In this document: piece after piece, positions 1 through 12,640 of the stretch
Numbering within the stretch: position 1 is the first letter of the stretch
Layout of the letters: the number at the start of each line of letters is the position of its first letter
Assembly: GCF_001194135.2 (NCBI RefSeq)
Contig: NC_068982.1
Span: 161,756,109-161,820,108 of the forward strand
Reading direction: 5' to 3'
Source: Octopus bimaculoides
Taxonomy: Eukaryota
Length of the DNA stretch: 64,000 nt
Translations under genes and position numbers: made by a program
Notes under the pieces: model-generated
What the model saw: the letters and a program-made list of their open reading frames with translations, nothing else
What the model was told of the DNA's origin: nothing
Database searches by the model: none

Positions 1-89
<89 letters not shown>

Positions 90-332
90 GCTTGATTATA
101 TCTATATTGATATACAGATATATATATATATATGCTTGATTATATCTATATGGATATACAGATAGAATATATATATGTGTGTATACAGATATTAAAGAGA
201 GTTAGCAAATTATATTTATTGCTTAGTTTACAATTGTTTTGACAATTTCTATTGCAGCCAATCTTGCATTATGTTTTGTCATGTTGACAATTATTGATTT
301 ATTTCTATGCACTGTGAAATTATTCTTCACAG

Positions 333-426
333 TGCATGGAGGAATCAACTCCTCAGAACATCAGACAAGGCAATATCCTCATTGATTTTGCAATTTCACT
401 GATAAATGCCCTCATAACAATCTAAA
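333..426 (+). other. Candidate exon (probably the last coding or a UTR exon of a gene entering from the left)
   Basis: ttcttcacAG acceptor, AAA|GTAAGT donor, then a 136-nt intron and an acceptor ttctgcaatacAG at 562. All three frames contain a stop, so it cannot be an ordinary internal coding exon. Confidence 0.3.
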
Positions 427-1065
427 GTAAGTGGTTAGTATTAACCATATTTGTTCAAGAGAAATGTAAGATGAATGGTAGTAAATTAGATAAAGGAGGG
501 GCAGAAATAATTTGACAAAATAATTTGCCCTGTATTAGGGTGACACTTGTTCTGCAATACAGGTTTGTATCCAGCTGGTGCTGTCTTCTACAAATGCATT
601 TGTTACATGGTTATGTTTTACATTCTGATATTCTATGGCGGTCACAGAAATTCTAAGTTGCTCTAGTAGCAGACTAAGTCTCTAAGCATCAACAGACAAA
701 TTTTTTATTGAATCTGACAACTTTGGTACATTTGTCAAATAAAAAAAAAAATCAAATTCATTTACACACACATATATTCTCACATACACACACACTGAGT
801 TCCACAGCTAGTTTATTTATGTACTCATGGTTACACATACATGTTCTCACAAACCCAAATATGTGTATAAATAGTTGTATGCAAGAATACTCACACATTT
901 GTGTATCGGCCTGTTCATTTGCACACACCTAAAAACTTGAATATTTTGATATGCATGTCCTTATATACATATATAAGCAAGCAAACTTCTGACAGGGTTC
1001 TCAAGTGATGAAGTAACACTTCTTCAAGTGTCATCTGTCTCATCAGCATATATACATATACACAC

Positions 1066-1217
1066 AACAGACTTCTTCCAGTTTCTGTTTGCCAAATCCA
1101 CTCTCAAGGCCTTGGTTAGCCTAAGGCTAAAGTATAAGATGGCCCAGGGTATCACACAGTGGGACTAGACTGAACCTAGAACCATGTAGTTGGGAAGCGA
1201 GCTTCTTAACACAGCCA
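1066..1217 (-). mobile_element. tRNA-type SINE fragment (family A)
   Basis: Matches other in-window copies (ccaaatccactc...ccacacagcc), e.g. 58193-58915 and 61635-62002. Confidence 0.75.
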
Positions 1218-1223
1218 TGTTTA

Positions 1224-2215
<992 letters not shown>

Positions 2216-2329
2216 ACAAGTTTTGATATCATCTCATTAGTGACATGAAATCCTCTGAACTTGTTATTTATAGGGTCGTTTTTGTCAAGCACCGTTATTG
2301 GTCATTCTGTGCACACCTTGAATCCTACC

Positions 2330-2620
2330 CAATCTTTACAGTTGCTGCTCAGTTTTCCTCCCCTCACCCATTCCCTCTTTCACTTCTCCATACACTCTTG
2401 CAACATACACCCACTCACACTTCTGGTTCCTCTGCCCCCATTCACCTCATACCTCAAGAGTCCACTCAGACACCTCATCACCACTATTGCAATCATTTTT
2501 CAGCTTTATCACGACTTTCAGAATGTGAATGGTCTTATAACTCTTGTACAGCAGGAGACCTCTTCTACTCTGACCTCTTCTTTCATACTTTAATCCTTCA
2601 TCTCTTAACAGAAAATCAAT
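2330..2620 (+). mobile_element. Decayed CR1/L2-type LINE endonuclease relic
   Basis: LLQHTPTHTSGSSAPIHLI resembles the APE motif QxVxxPTHxxGxxLDLI; otherwise degenerate. Confidence 0.3.
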
Positions 2621-2954
2621 CTTGAATTTCATAGTCTTGCAAACCACATGGTGATCTCACTTGTGCCAGTGGCTTGAAAACTGCACTCAGTACATGCTGT
2701 AAAGTGGTTAGTGTTAGGAAAGGCAACCAGGTCAAAACACTTTAACACTATGACATGATTCTTTTGTTTGGCCCATCTGATCCTGTCAAATTGGCCAGCC
2801 CATGGGACATGCATGTTAAATGATGATAATAATGATATATATTTATATGTATTGTTACACTTGTGGATAATCATGTTTTGCCAATTAAACATAAAAGTAT
2901 AACAATGTTTCAGCACATGATTTTACATCAAGAATCTTGCAAAAATGTATTCAT

Positions 2955-3390
2955 ATATGTTTGTATTAATAAATGGCAGAGAGATGCTTGTGTTAGAACT
3001 CCAATGCTGCATAATAGTGAAACATGGTCCCTGAATGCAAGGGACTTGCAAAACAAGAAGGAAATGAAGCTAGTATGTGCTTTTGGATGTCCAGTATCAG
3101 TGTGCATGAACAACAAATATGATTGTGTTGAGAGAAAAAATTGAACATAAGAGGAATTGTGTGTAGTTTGCAAGAGAAAAGAGTGCACTCATGGTCATGT
3201 AGAGTATGTAGACATGAGCAGCTATATATAGTGCTGATCTCTAAATAAGGATGGATGACCTAGTAAGATGTGGGATGAAATAGTGAAGATGTGTCTGAGT
3301 GTTGAGCTTCATGTAAGGAATGACAAAGGACTGAGATGATTGGTGATTTGCTTTGCTTAAGAAGACCCATCATCACAACAAAACTGAGGT
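2955..3390 (+). mobile_element. Decayed RTE-type LINE, post-RT region
   Basis: ACVRTPMLHNSETWSLNARDLQ matches the RTE motif xxVxxxxLYGSETW; frameshifted downstream. Confidence 0.6.
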
Positions 3391-3836
3391 CATAAGGCAT
3401 TATTGTTTATGTCTATATGCACAGCTAGACCTTGCACCCAGTTTGCCCCTGCCAAGTCTTTTCCATCTACCTGTCACTCTGTCACTACTCTAATTATTGC
3501 ATTGTTCTGCTGCTGTAATTGCATGAGAACAAGATTACATTACCTATCCAGTTTTTGTGATAGCAGTTATTTCTCTCTCTCTTGGACACTCTTGCTTTTG
3601 ACCATCCTTCCCTCATTCTTAATGTCATCCTTTCTCACTTTTATTTTTTCTGAACACTGTACCAATGTGATGTATCTGTACATATAAATTTGACATGGGC
3701 GATTCTTTCTTGTCTTGGGATTCATGGTCAAACAGATGAGTGGAATTGTGCAAAAAATTACACAGATGTATAGAATGATCCGGTGGTGATGCTGGGCTTT
3801 GTATTTTTTTCATAGCTCCCATGGTTACTGAGATAA

Positions 3837-4241
3837 TCTAATATGATAATACTCTTGTGTTTATGAATGAGAAAGGAAGGGGTGATAGATGAATAAGAAA
3901 GGAAGGAGTAATGTCATACTTGGTAGTGGGATGATGAAAATTGTACGCTGAAAAAAATAAACCAAACAGCGTTTCAACTGTGAATATATGTGTGTGCGTG
4001 CGCAATGGAAGTGGGATGGTTCATCTTTGTTCACTTAGCATTTGGGATTATTTTTTGATTTGGTTGAATCTTGGTTGTTTTTTTTTTGTCGGTCAGTTAT
4101 TTTTAGGGTTTTGACAGAAAAAAGTCATTCTAAAATTGTTTTTTAACGTAAGCGTGCCCAAACAAGTCAAATGCTAACACAGAGCAGGTTTTACAGCCAC
4201 ATCATCCAAACCGACTGGGTGAAACCGGGTTTAGCTGCTAG
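3837..4241 (+). mobile_element. Probable non-autonomous Helitron
   Basis: 5' A|TCTAATATGATAATA; 3' subterminal hairpin CTGG-gtgaaa-CCGG (4215-4228) followed 9 nt later by CTAG|T (4238-4242); no TSD. Confidence 0.55.
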
Positions 4242-4589
4242 TTACATATAAATACATACATTTATGTATATATTGACGTATCTCTCTTTCTCTCTCACCC
4301 CTCTATTTTTATATCTATCCGTCTGTCTATCTATCTATCTATGTTTTAACGGTTACTTTTCAATGCTTGCATGGGTCGGACAGAATTCATTGAGGTAGAT
4401 TTAATACCACACCGTGTCCTTCCTGTCTACAACCATCATCACCTGTAATCAGGCAAAATAAAGCTTCCCTCCATGGCCGAGGAGAAATATTTCACAGATG
4501 ATTGGAAAGAAATGACACCGTTTGTATGATGGTGACATTCATTTACAACTATCGTGCGATGTTAAGACACTGACACAGTACACAAACAC

Positions 4590-4760
4590 ACACAATGGTT
4601 TTTTGTTTTTTCAGTTTCCATCTACTAACTCCATTCATAAGGCTTTTTCGACCCTGGTATACAGGGGTAAATACTGGCTAAAATGTAACGCAGTGGGACT
4701 GAACCCGAAACTACATAACTAGGGAGTGGACGTAACCATACAGTCATGCCTGCATCTATG
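4590..4760 (-). mobile_element. SINE family A fragment
   Basis: tttcagtttccatctactaactccattcataagg...cagtgggactgaacccgaaac, homologous to other family A copies. Confidence 0.6.
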
Positions 4761-4879
4761 TATGTCAGTGTGTGCGCATGAAAGTATGTATTTACATATA
4801 TGTGTGTGTTCGTACCTGATCGACACAATTGTACATCTGAATATTTAGGCATGTTTACGTAAATGCATTTTCTGAAGTC

Positions 4880-5774
4880 TACATATCCTAACACATTTTG
4901 AAACATACCAGTTATCAATGCCTTTCTAACTTTTGTTCATAACCCGCCGAAATGACGCACAAGATACTATTCGTTTTACTCCGAGTTAACTCTGTATTTG
5001 TTCCCTCTCCCTCTGTATTTCTATCTGACCCACCTCTCTCTCTCATGTGTTGTAATGACTGTTGTAATTTATTTTGGCCTTTCAGGTCACAGAGTTTTCA
5101 TTGATATTTCCTTACCAAAAATTTCAGTTCTGAGTTTGATAGGAATGAGCGGTAGTAAATTAAGAGACAACTTAGTTCGATGTCATTTATTCTTATAAAT
5201 TAAGGCGTGTTATTTGAAATGTGTCCCTGCATTAAAATATATCTGTTGTATGCTTTCTTATATTTCATCTGACTTCAGATTTCTAACATGTTTTCAGTTA
5301 TTTAAGGAGGAAAGAAACAAGACAACCATATATTTAAATTAAATTAAAGAAAAAAGACAACTTTCATTGATTAACTTCTTTATTTTGAGTCATCTATTCA
5401 AAATAATTTCACGTTCACACACATGCACGCACGCACGCGAGTATGTAGCTTAATTACTAGGCATTTCTGTTATTTTGTTTGCTTAGTGGATGTAGCGGAA
5501 GGAAGCTATGTATGTATGTATGTATGTGTGTGTGTGATGCGAGATATAGAGGAATTGTACTGTTGAAATAGAAATGAAGTGAACGGTTTCTCTGTAGACG
5601 TGTTTCTCACCATTTGAACAAATGTTGTTGCTTAATTGTTATTAATATTTTGCATTGCCTTTTTTAAAAACCGTTTTCTTAAACCCCATTAATTTATGCA
5701 TTAGCTGGTTGACCCTAACCTGACATTTACGAGTAGCTTTCATGAATTCTCAACCGAAATGTGTATCAATGTGT

Positions 5775-5816
<42 letters not shown>

Positions 5817-6671
5817 CGTGTAGTCACTCACATGTACGGTTTGAAAAATGAATTACTTTGAAAATGTTTAGAGAGAATTTTTAATTATTCAGTAGCTCTT
5901 TGATTTCGTATATATCTGTTGGCTTTCCGCTTCTTTCATCAGACTCTTCGACGGAACGGTCTCGTTAGTTAGAAATTTTAGAATAATTTTACACCAAACA
6001 CACATCATCTAGAAACCGCTTTATCATTTCTGTAATTTATTCAAGTCCGTAGCTTCTCCCTGGCAAGCATTCGACTTACTGTCATTTCATACACCTCATT
6101 ATATCATTCTTAGGTTATGCTGTCGATAATGCTATTCATTTAATTTCTTATGTAGCGATTCATTTAATTTCTATATATTCTTCTTTAATTAAAACATTAA
6201 TTACATGTGGGATAAGATACACGCGTACACCACATGACCGTATCATTGCATCGTTTCATGTTTATCTCTGCGAATCTTTCATTATAATATATATATATAT
6301 ATATATATAATTATTTTATGTTATTGCGTCCAAAATCAGGGGGTATTCACGGATTAAAAGCTTGCATCGGTGCAAAATTTTCATTGCTGAAAGTACATTT
6401 TGCAACTCGATAATATAATTTGTAGTATAAAACCGGGGTGGGGGTTGATGCTGAGACTAAAGTAGACTAAAGTGATGGAGGAGAGACCTAGACACAGGCC
6501 GACTGTCTTGTTATCGTATTTGCAACACCTATATTAAGGCTAGACTCATTCCCTTAGTTTTCTCTACATTTAACACACGAACACACATTACTCATTTCTG
6601 AGTGGTGGGAGGGAGGGGTAAAATTTCGTTTTGATGAATCCTCTAAAGACTAGCATAGTCTTTTTAGTATC

Positions 6672-6763
<92 letters not shown>

Positions 6764-8200
6764 GTGTGTGTATAGTTATTAAGAACATGTGTAAACACTT
6801 CTGGCCTACTGCTGCTACTATATGTATTTCATATACTTATTCTTATGTAGTGATATTCTTTGTATTAATTAACTTATATCAATTGCACTACCTATATTTT
6901 TGCAGGTCTTTCCGTCTTATTTGATTAAAATTTAGTATTCAACAATTTTAGATAGATGCTTCATATATCATAGTAGGAATTACGAATCACCTTTAAAAAA
7001 ATGTGGATATTTTCATTGAGCTACATAATATAAAGTTACCCACTTTTTGTTATAGAATTTTACAGTAGTGATTCTTTCAATGGTAATCATTGTTAGTTAA
7101 TTATAGCACTGTAATTCATGTCAACAACTTGAGCATATTTTATTGTTTCAGTGTTGCTCATAATCAGTGCTCGTCTTGAATCATCATGCCAGCTCCCTTT
7201 CCACCTAGTTCCCAGTTTCCTGTTCTTTAACTTCCTCTAGACTGAAGCTGACTAGTAGTTCTTCTTACTGTTAAATTGCCACTTTAAAGCGTCAGAACCA
7301 TTGAGGGAGCGTCTATGCGGTTGCTCGACCTACTATCAATAGCAGTCAAATCGCTTTCAAATCACACTCTACCATCATTGAAAAACACATTAATACCGAG
7401 AACCCTAACTCCCCACCCCTCACCGCATGTTCACGATTGGAATAATTGAACATAGGTGTTTGCTTAATCAAGGTTGCACCGAGGATGAACAACTTAGTGT
7501 GCCCCCCCCCCNNNNNNNNNNCAAATTTAACTTGAGGTCAACTCTGATCGAGCTTACCTATTATCAAAGCTGTTCCCGCCCTGACCACCCTATCTTTTTT
7601 GTGTGTATTCAGGATTACATTATTCAGTGTGTCCTTTTTTGTAAACGGTTGAGGTTTGGCTGCTATTTCTAGCAGGTTTGATACCCGCATAGAGGCTTCC
7701 TCAAAGCGTAATGTCATATGCAAAGGTATGCTGTTTGTATAAAGTATTAGTTAGTTACAAACCAAATATGTCCACATGAATAAAATATGTCCATTATATC
7801 AGTGCAGTTGATTATTAGTTTTTGTCTTGGACTATCTCAGTTGACACTGACCAGCTATGATACTAAGAGAATTATACTATTGTAGTTACTGCAGCTTTAT
7901 ATTCAGGTCTTTTGAGAGCTTCATTCAGAATAGTATATAGTAGTATTTACTAATGTTTATGTATTCTCACATAACAAAGGAATTAGAGACGAACGCGAAG
8001 CACGTTCACTTCTTAATTTACCCACTAGCGCCTGCACACACACACAGTACGGAGAGCCTTTCAGCTGAATCATGCCAGAAAATAAAACTGTTAATAGTTG
8101 TGGGGTGATGGCCGTTAAGTGACGTGTTATTAGGCTGTAATTAGGAATTGTTAAATCTAATAATACATATAAATTAATGATTCGTATTATCACAAACGTA
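4880..8200. promoter_or_regulatory. CpG-retaining putative promoter region, possibly bidirectional
   Basis: CpGs are frequent here and scarce in both flanks. ETS-like CGGAAG near 5497, TGACGTG near 8120, and a minus-strand donor-like TTTTTG|GTAAGG near 5115. Confidence 0.4.
7303..7702. mobile_element. Convergent (tail-to-tail) pair of SINE family B copies
   Basis: Plus copy 7303-7493 (gagggagcgtctatgcggttgctcgacc...) and minus copy ~7526-7702 (...ctatttctagcagg...gcatagaggcttcctc), separated by a C-run and a 10-N gap. Confidence 0.7.
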
Positions 8201-9275
8201 TCAGATAAGGATGGATAATGTATTGTTTAGTATTAGTGAATAAACAAACTAATATTTAATTATAAATTTCAAGACTTTCACCTGAGAACTTAAGATTTTG
8301 TGAAGGACAATGTCAAACCAGGGACTGCAAAATATATTAACATTTTGTATGATGCTCATGTGAGAGAAGTTGATTGATATTAATAAAATATAGATATTTA
8401 TACTATTTAGTATACCTGTCTTTTGAAAACTGAAATGGATTTTTGTTTTTTAGAAGTTCTAAAATGAAGAGAGATGTATTAGCTCATTGAAGGAAAGATT
8501 TGGGGGTCCTAGCATATTGCTGTAAGTTAGAGTACAATTCAATAAAATATCTGGTAGACTGTACTGGAATGATGGAGGATGAAAGTAACTTTTGGTAGTT
8601 CTTGCCAATTGTGTGTGTTTGTTCATGAACATATTCAACTGGAAAATGTCCAACATGTAAAGTCAGAATTTTCAGTTGTGAGTATGACAGAATTTAGTAG
8701 AAATGGTTGTTGTAATTTTGAAGTACACAGAATTTTGGTACAATTTATGTATCAATATCTTGACTACTTTTGTATCAATATCTTGATTTTGTTTTTTTGT
8801 TTTTATTTCTGTGCTAATCGAAAATATGTCCACTTATATGTTAATGAAAAAAGTGATAAGTGATGTAGATACATGGGGAAATATATTGTTGTCCAAAAGA
8901 CATTGTTTCAAAGCTTTAATAAACATCCAATGTGTTATTATATGGACAGTCTAGCTTTTGTCAATATTTATCAGAAATGACTTCATAGAAACAGTGAGTG
9001 AAACTGTTTTTAAGAAATCTGAGATTTACATAGGAAATTCATTTTGTTAAACAGTATAGTTTGTATTTTTTCCTTTGTTATCAAGTTTTATTTAATATTT
9101 TAGATTCTGTTATTTGTTAAGATCAGATTTGTGGAGTTGTTCACTTAATTGTCCATTGTACAAACCACTTGTATTAGTTGATACATAATAAATGTCTGAC
9201 TTTTCAAGATCCATAAACTCAATGCCAGTACTTGGCTTCCTAACCAAGTCATTGAGATGTTTTTTTTCCTCTTAG

Positions 9276-9338
9276 ATACGATGCTACTCTTTTAGAAATA
9301 ACATTGTCATAAGATTGGATATGTATGTCCAAAGTTTT
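9276..9338 (+). CDS. Candidate exon of unidentified plus-strand gene (IRCYSFRNNIVIRLDMYVQSF)
   Basis: tttttttcctcttAG acceptor, TTT|GTGAGT donor, 63 nt, only phase 0 open. Confidence 0.35.
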
Positions 9339-9469
9339 GTGAGTATAAAACAAGGTTCCTACATGCAACAAATGTTTGTGATGTATTTAAACTCCTGATC
9401 TATGAGTTGGTGATCAAATTCTTTATTCATTTAACTATTTTATTCCCTCATTACCTTTTGTCTTTTTCT

Positions 9470-9835
9470 TATTTCAGTCATTACACTGCAACCATGCTGG
9501 GGCACCGCCTTGAATTTTTAGTCATTACTTATTTTTTTAAAACCTGATACTTATTCTATTGGTCTCTTTTGCTGAACCACTAAGTTATGGGGATGCAAAC
9601 ACACCAGTACTGGTTGTCAGGTGGTGGTGGTGGTGGTGGTGGACAAACACAGACACAAAGACATACATATATACGACAGACTTCTTTCAGTTTCCGTTTA
9701 CCAAATCCACTCACAAGCCTGAATCTATAGCAGAAGACACTTGCCCAAGGTGCCCAACAGTGGGAGTGAACCGGGAACCATGTGGTTGGAAAGCAAGCTT
9801 CTTACCACACAGCCACATCTGCACCTATGAGCTGA
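9470..9835 (-). mobile_element. SINE family A, near full length, followed by a partial tandem copy (~9890-9985) and another copy (~10015-10320)
   Basis: Colinear with 61635-62002. Confidence 0.85.
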
Positions 9836-10779
9836 ATGACATCAAGAGCTATAAATGACATTTTTCAGATATTAGTTATAAGATTTAAAGATTTGAACTA
9901 AGTTATGCGGATGCAAACACACCAGCACTGGTTGTCAGGTGGTGGTGGTGGAGGACAAACACAGACACAAAGATATACATATATACTTGAATGGTTTACT
10001 TGAACAAATCAACCCTAGTACGTATTAAGCCTAGTACTTATTAAGACTAGTACTTATTAAGCCTAGTATTTATTCTATCAGTCTCTATGCCAAACTGCTA
10101 AGTTGTAGGGATGTAAATAAAACAACTGGTTGTCAAGCAGTGGTGGGAGGACAAATACATACACACACAACGGGCTTCTTTCTACCAAATCCACTCATAA
10201 GACTTTGGTTAGCTTGGGGCTATAGTAGAATACACTTCCCTAAGCTGCCATATAGTGGGACTGAACCTAAAAACATGTGGTTGGGAAGCAAACTTCTTAC
10301 TACACAACTACACCCACACCTCAAAAATCTAAACCGTCATTCATCAGGGCATTGATGCAAGATGAAACTTTTGGTATTTTAATGCAACCGTCTTGACAAT
10401 AACTACAAATGTTTTCATTTGAACAAGTTTTAATGTTTATAATAAATTTTATTAAATTCATTACAGCTTAGTGTTAATACCTAATGTATAGAATATTTAA
10501 TGATCTTTTAGCCCTAAAACTGAACCTTCTCATTAAAATTCTCATGTAATAATCCCTAGTTTTATTAATTTTTTTTATTTGGTGTTATATAAATATTTAT
10601 AGCTCTTAAAGTTATTCATCTCAAACTAAATTTCTTGCAAATGATTTATTTGTTGTCTATGTTGGCCCAGACTAAACAGGCCCATAATCAAAGTTAGTCC
10701 ATCCATGACTATCCCATCCCTCTTTCAAATGTAGTACCTTTCGAAGACTTCTGTATGTGCCATGCTTAGAGTACTGGCA

Positions 10780-11240
10780 ATTATAGACTTAACCTCCTCT
10801 TGTCTCACACACAAGTTACTAAGTTACTGGGCTGGTTTTTCTGTAATGGCTGATAAGAACACAAAGTATCTTCTCTCTCTGTTTTCTTTGGTTTCTTCCT
10901 TAAACTGAATCTTCAAGGTTTTGTTTTCTCATATGATACTCAATGAACATAGCCCTGTGTTTTTATGCTATTAGTAGTTTCTACTTCTCAGAACACTTAG
11001 ACATTTGGTACTCTATCTGTATAAGATATCTTCTGCATTTGTCTAAGAAAGCTACATCTCTGCAACATTGACAAACTTTTGCCTTTGTTCACATTTCAGG
11101 TCACACAGCCACATTGGTTCTATGTATGCCCCAATACTCTTTTGTTTACTCTTATTGCTAGCTGTTTATTTGACAATATATTTCTGATCTCACCAAAAAC
11201 ATCCTTAGCCTGTGTAATCTTTAAGACCACACTGTTTAAT
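10780..11240 (-). mobile_element. Decayed RTE LINE C-terminal region
   Basis: Minus translation QAKDVFGEIRNILSNKQLAIRVNKRVL...FLRQMQKISYTDRVPN with stops, matching RTE AKxAF...LRRMLKISWTDRVxN. Confidence 0.65.
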
Positions 11241-12239
11241 GTGCCTTTCAGCTTATAAAAACAATTGAGTATGCTTTAAAAGAGATTCAGCTGCAATCTT
11301 CAGCAGATTGAGCAACCATGTTGAGGCTCCTTTGGCTTGATATAGTTTAGTTTTACTCATGGTTTATTATAACAGACATTTCTGAATATTTTCATAGACT
11401 TTATAATGTTCTTGTAAGCAGAAATAAATTTCCCAGTAAGCTTGCCATTTTTCATAGCCAAACTAGAAATTGTGTTAAGACTGATAAAATATTAATATGA
11501 GGTGCTTAGAATTACTGTTTGTTTTTGATCATATGTAATAAGCAAAACTTGCATAAAAATGGATTAAATTACTTATATTTTTATTTAACTCTTAGTTTGT
11601 GACCTCAGCAAGTGATGTTCATGAATTTATCAAGGCAGCTGTTATCATTTTCATGTTTCTCACAACTCAGTAATTTTAAATATTTTCATAAATGAAACTT
11701 TAGACCACCTATATTAATTTTTTAATACAAGGAGGTGACCAAGTGATGGACCTCATACTTATAGGTCATGAGTTCAAACCTGGACAGAACACTTTATTCT
11801 GCATTAGCTGTTCTACATTAACTGTTATTCCACTTAAGTGTTCAAATTAGATCCCAGATCATGTGAGGTATTGGTGTTCTTTCTAGGAGTAGACTTACTT
11901 CCCATTGTCTTAACCCCATGAAGCCAGGATTTAGGTCAAGCTTTTTAGAGCTTACAAGGAATAAACAAACTGTATCTACTGAAAAGGAGGGCACATTGGC
12001 TGTACAGATAAGTCCCTTCTAGGCAAAGCACACAACTATGTTTGCCTTAAAGTATATGTAAAATCAATTTATATATAAATGTCTGTATTTGCAAAGATGA
12101 ATGTAAAGTAATATATTTGAAATTTCTTATCCATGTAACTTCTTTAAAAGAACGAAATAGAAGTCTTCTTTTACTTATTTGCTGAGTCTGGAGGAAGAGT
12201 CTTTGCCCATGACTGTCGCAAGCCTTTTAAGATTAGTGA

Positions 12240-12480
12240 GCTTCATACCATTAATATTTTGTTTAAACTCTTATAGGTCAATTCTTGCAGGAAAGATATG
12301 AACAGGGAGAGGATTGGAGGGCCAATATTCTGGAGAGAAAGGATTATAATGGGTTAGTGCAGGGCTGTAAGGGTTGGGTGCATAAAAAGTGATGAGAGGT
12401 GGAAAGACAAATGGATTGTGGCATCTGGGTGGTAGAAGTACAAGACCAGCCATCTGTTTGTTTAATCGCTTACCAAAAAG
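12240..12480 (-). mobile_element. CR1/L2-like LINE 3' relic
   Basis: PFSPEYWPSNPLPVHIFPARIDL*EFKQNIN resembles xFFPRTxxLWNSLPxxVFPxxxDLxxFKxxIN; same family as 16000-16450 and 63440-63790. Confidence 0.55.
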
Positions 12481-12622
12481 ATGTTGATGTAGATGGTCAT
12501 GGCAGTGGTGGTGGATTGAACTTTAGTATTGGATTTAGTGATGATGATGGACTTAATTTTGGATCACTTTGGTCAGTGTTTCTGTGTTACAGAAACCTTG
12601 TTCCTATGATTTTGTCTTTCAG

Positions 12623-12640
12623 TCCTCTGACCTTTATAAA
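12623..12640 (+). CDS. Candidate 18-nt microexon (SSDLYK or xPLTFIx)
   Basis: gattttgtctttcAG acceptor and AAA|GTGAGT donor; frame-preserving length. Confidence 0.25.

Noticed and set aside
383-385. In-frame TGA in VHGGINSSEHQTRQYPH*FCNF as possible selenocysteine
   Set aside because: No selenoprotein similarity or SECIS recognised; other frames explain the exon equally well.
5895-5950. Minus-strand CTGATGA...GAAA as another hammerhead
   Set aside because: No stem II or stem I complementarity.
7906-7920. GGTCTTTTGAGAGCT as a histone stem-loop
   Set aside because: The stem does not pair, and there is no histone ORF.
8360-8700. snoRNA-host hypothesis for the stop-containing 5' exons
   Set aside because: No convincing C/D or H/ACA box pairs with terminal stems in these introns.
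10024-10070. 16-bp unit repeated three times (attaagcctagtactt), superficially array-like
   Set aside because: Slippage inside a SINE; no spacers, so not CRISPR-like.
12277-12640. Long plus frame interrupted only by TGA-TGA (12390-12395) as a readthrough/Sec exon
   Set aside because: The left half is the antisense of a CR1-like LINE relic.
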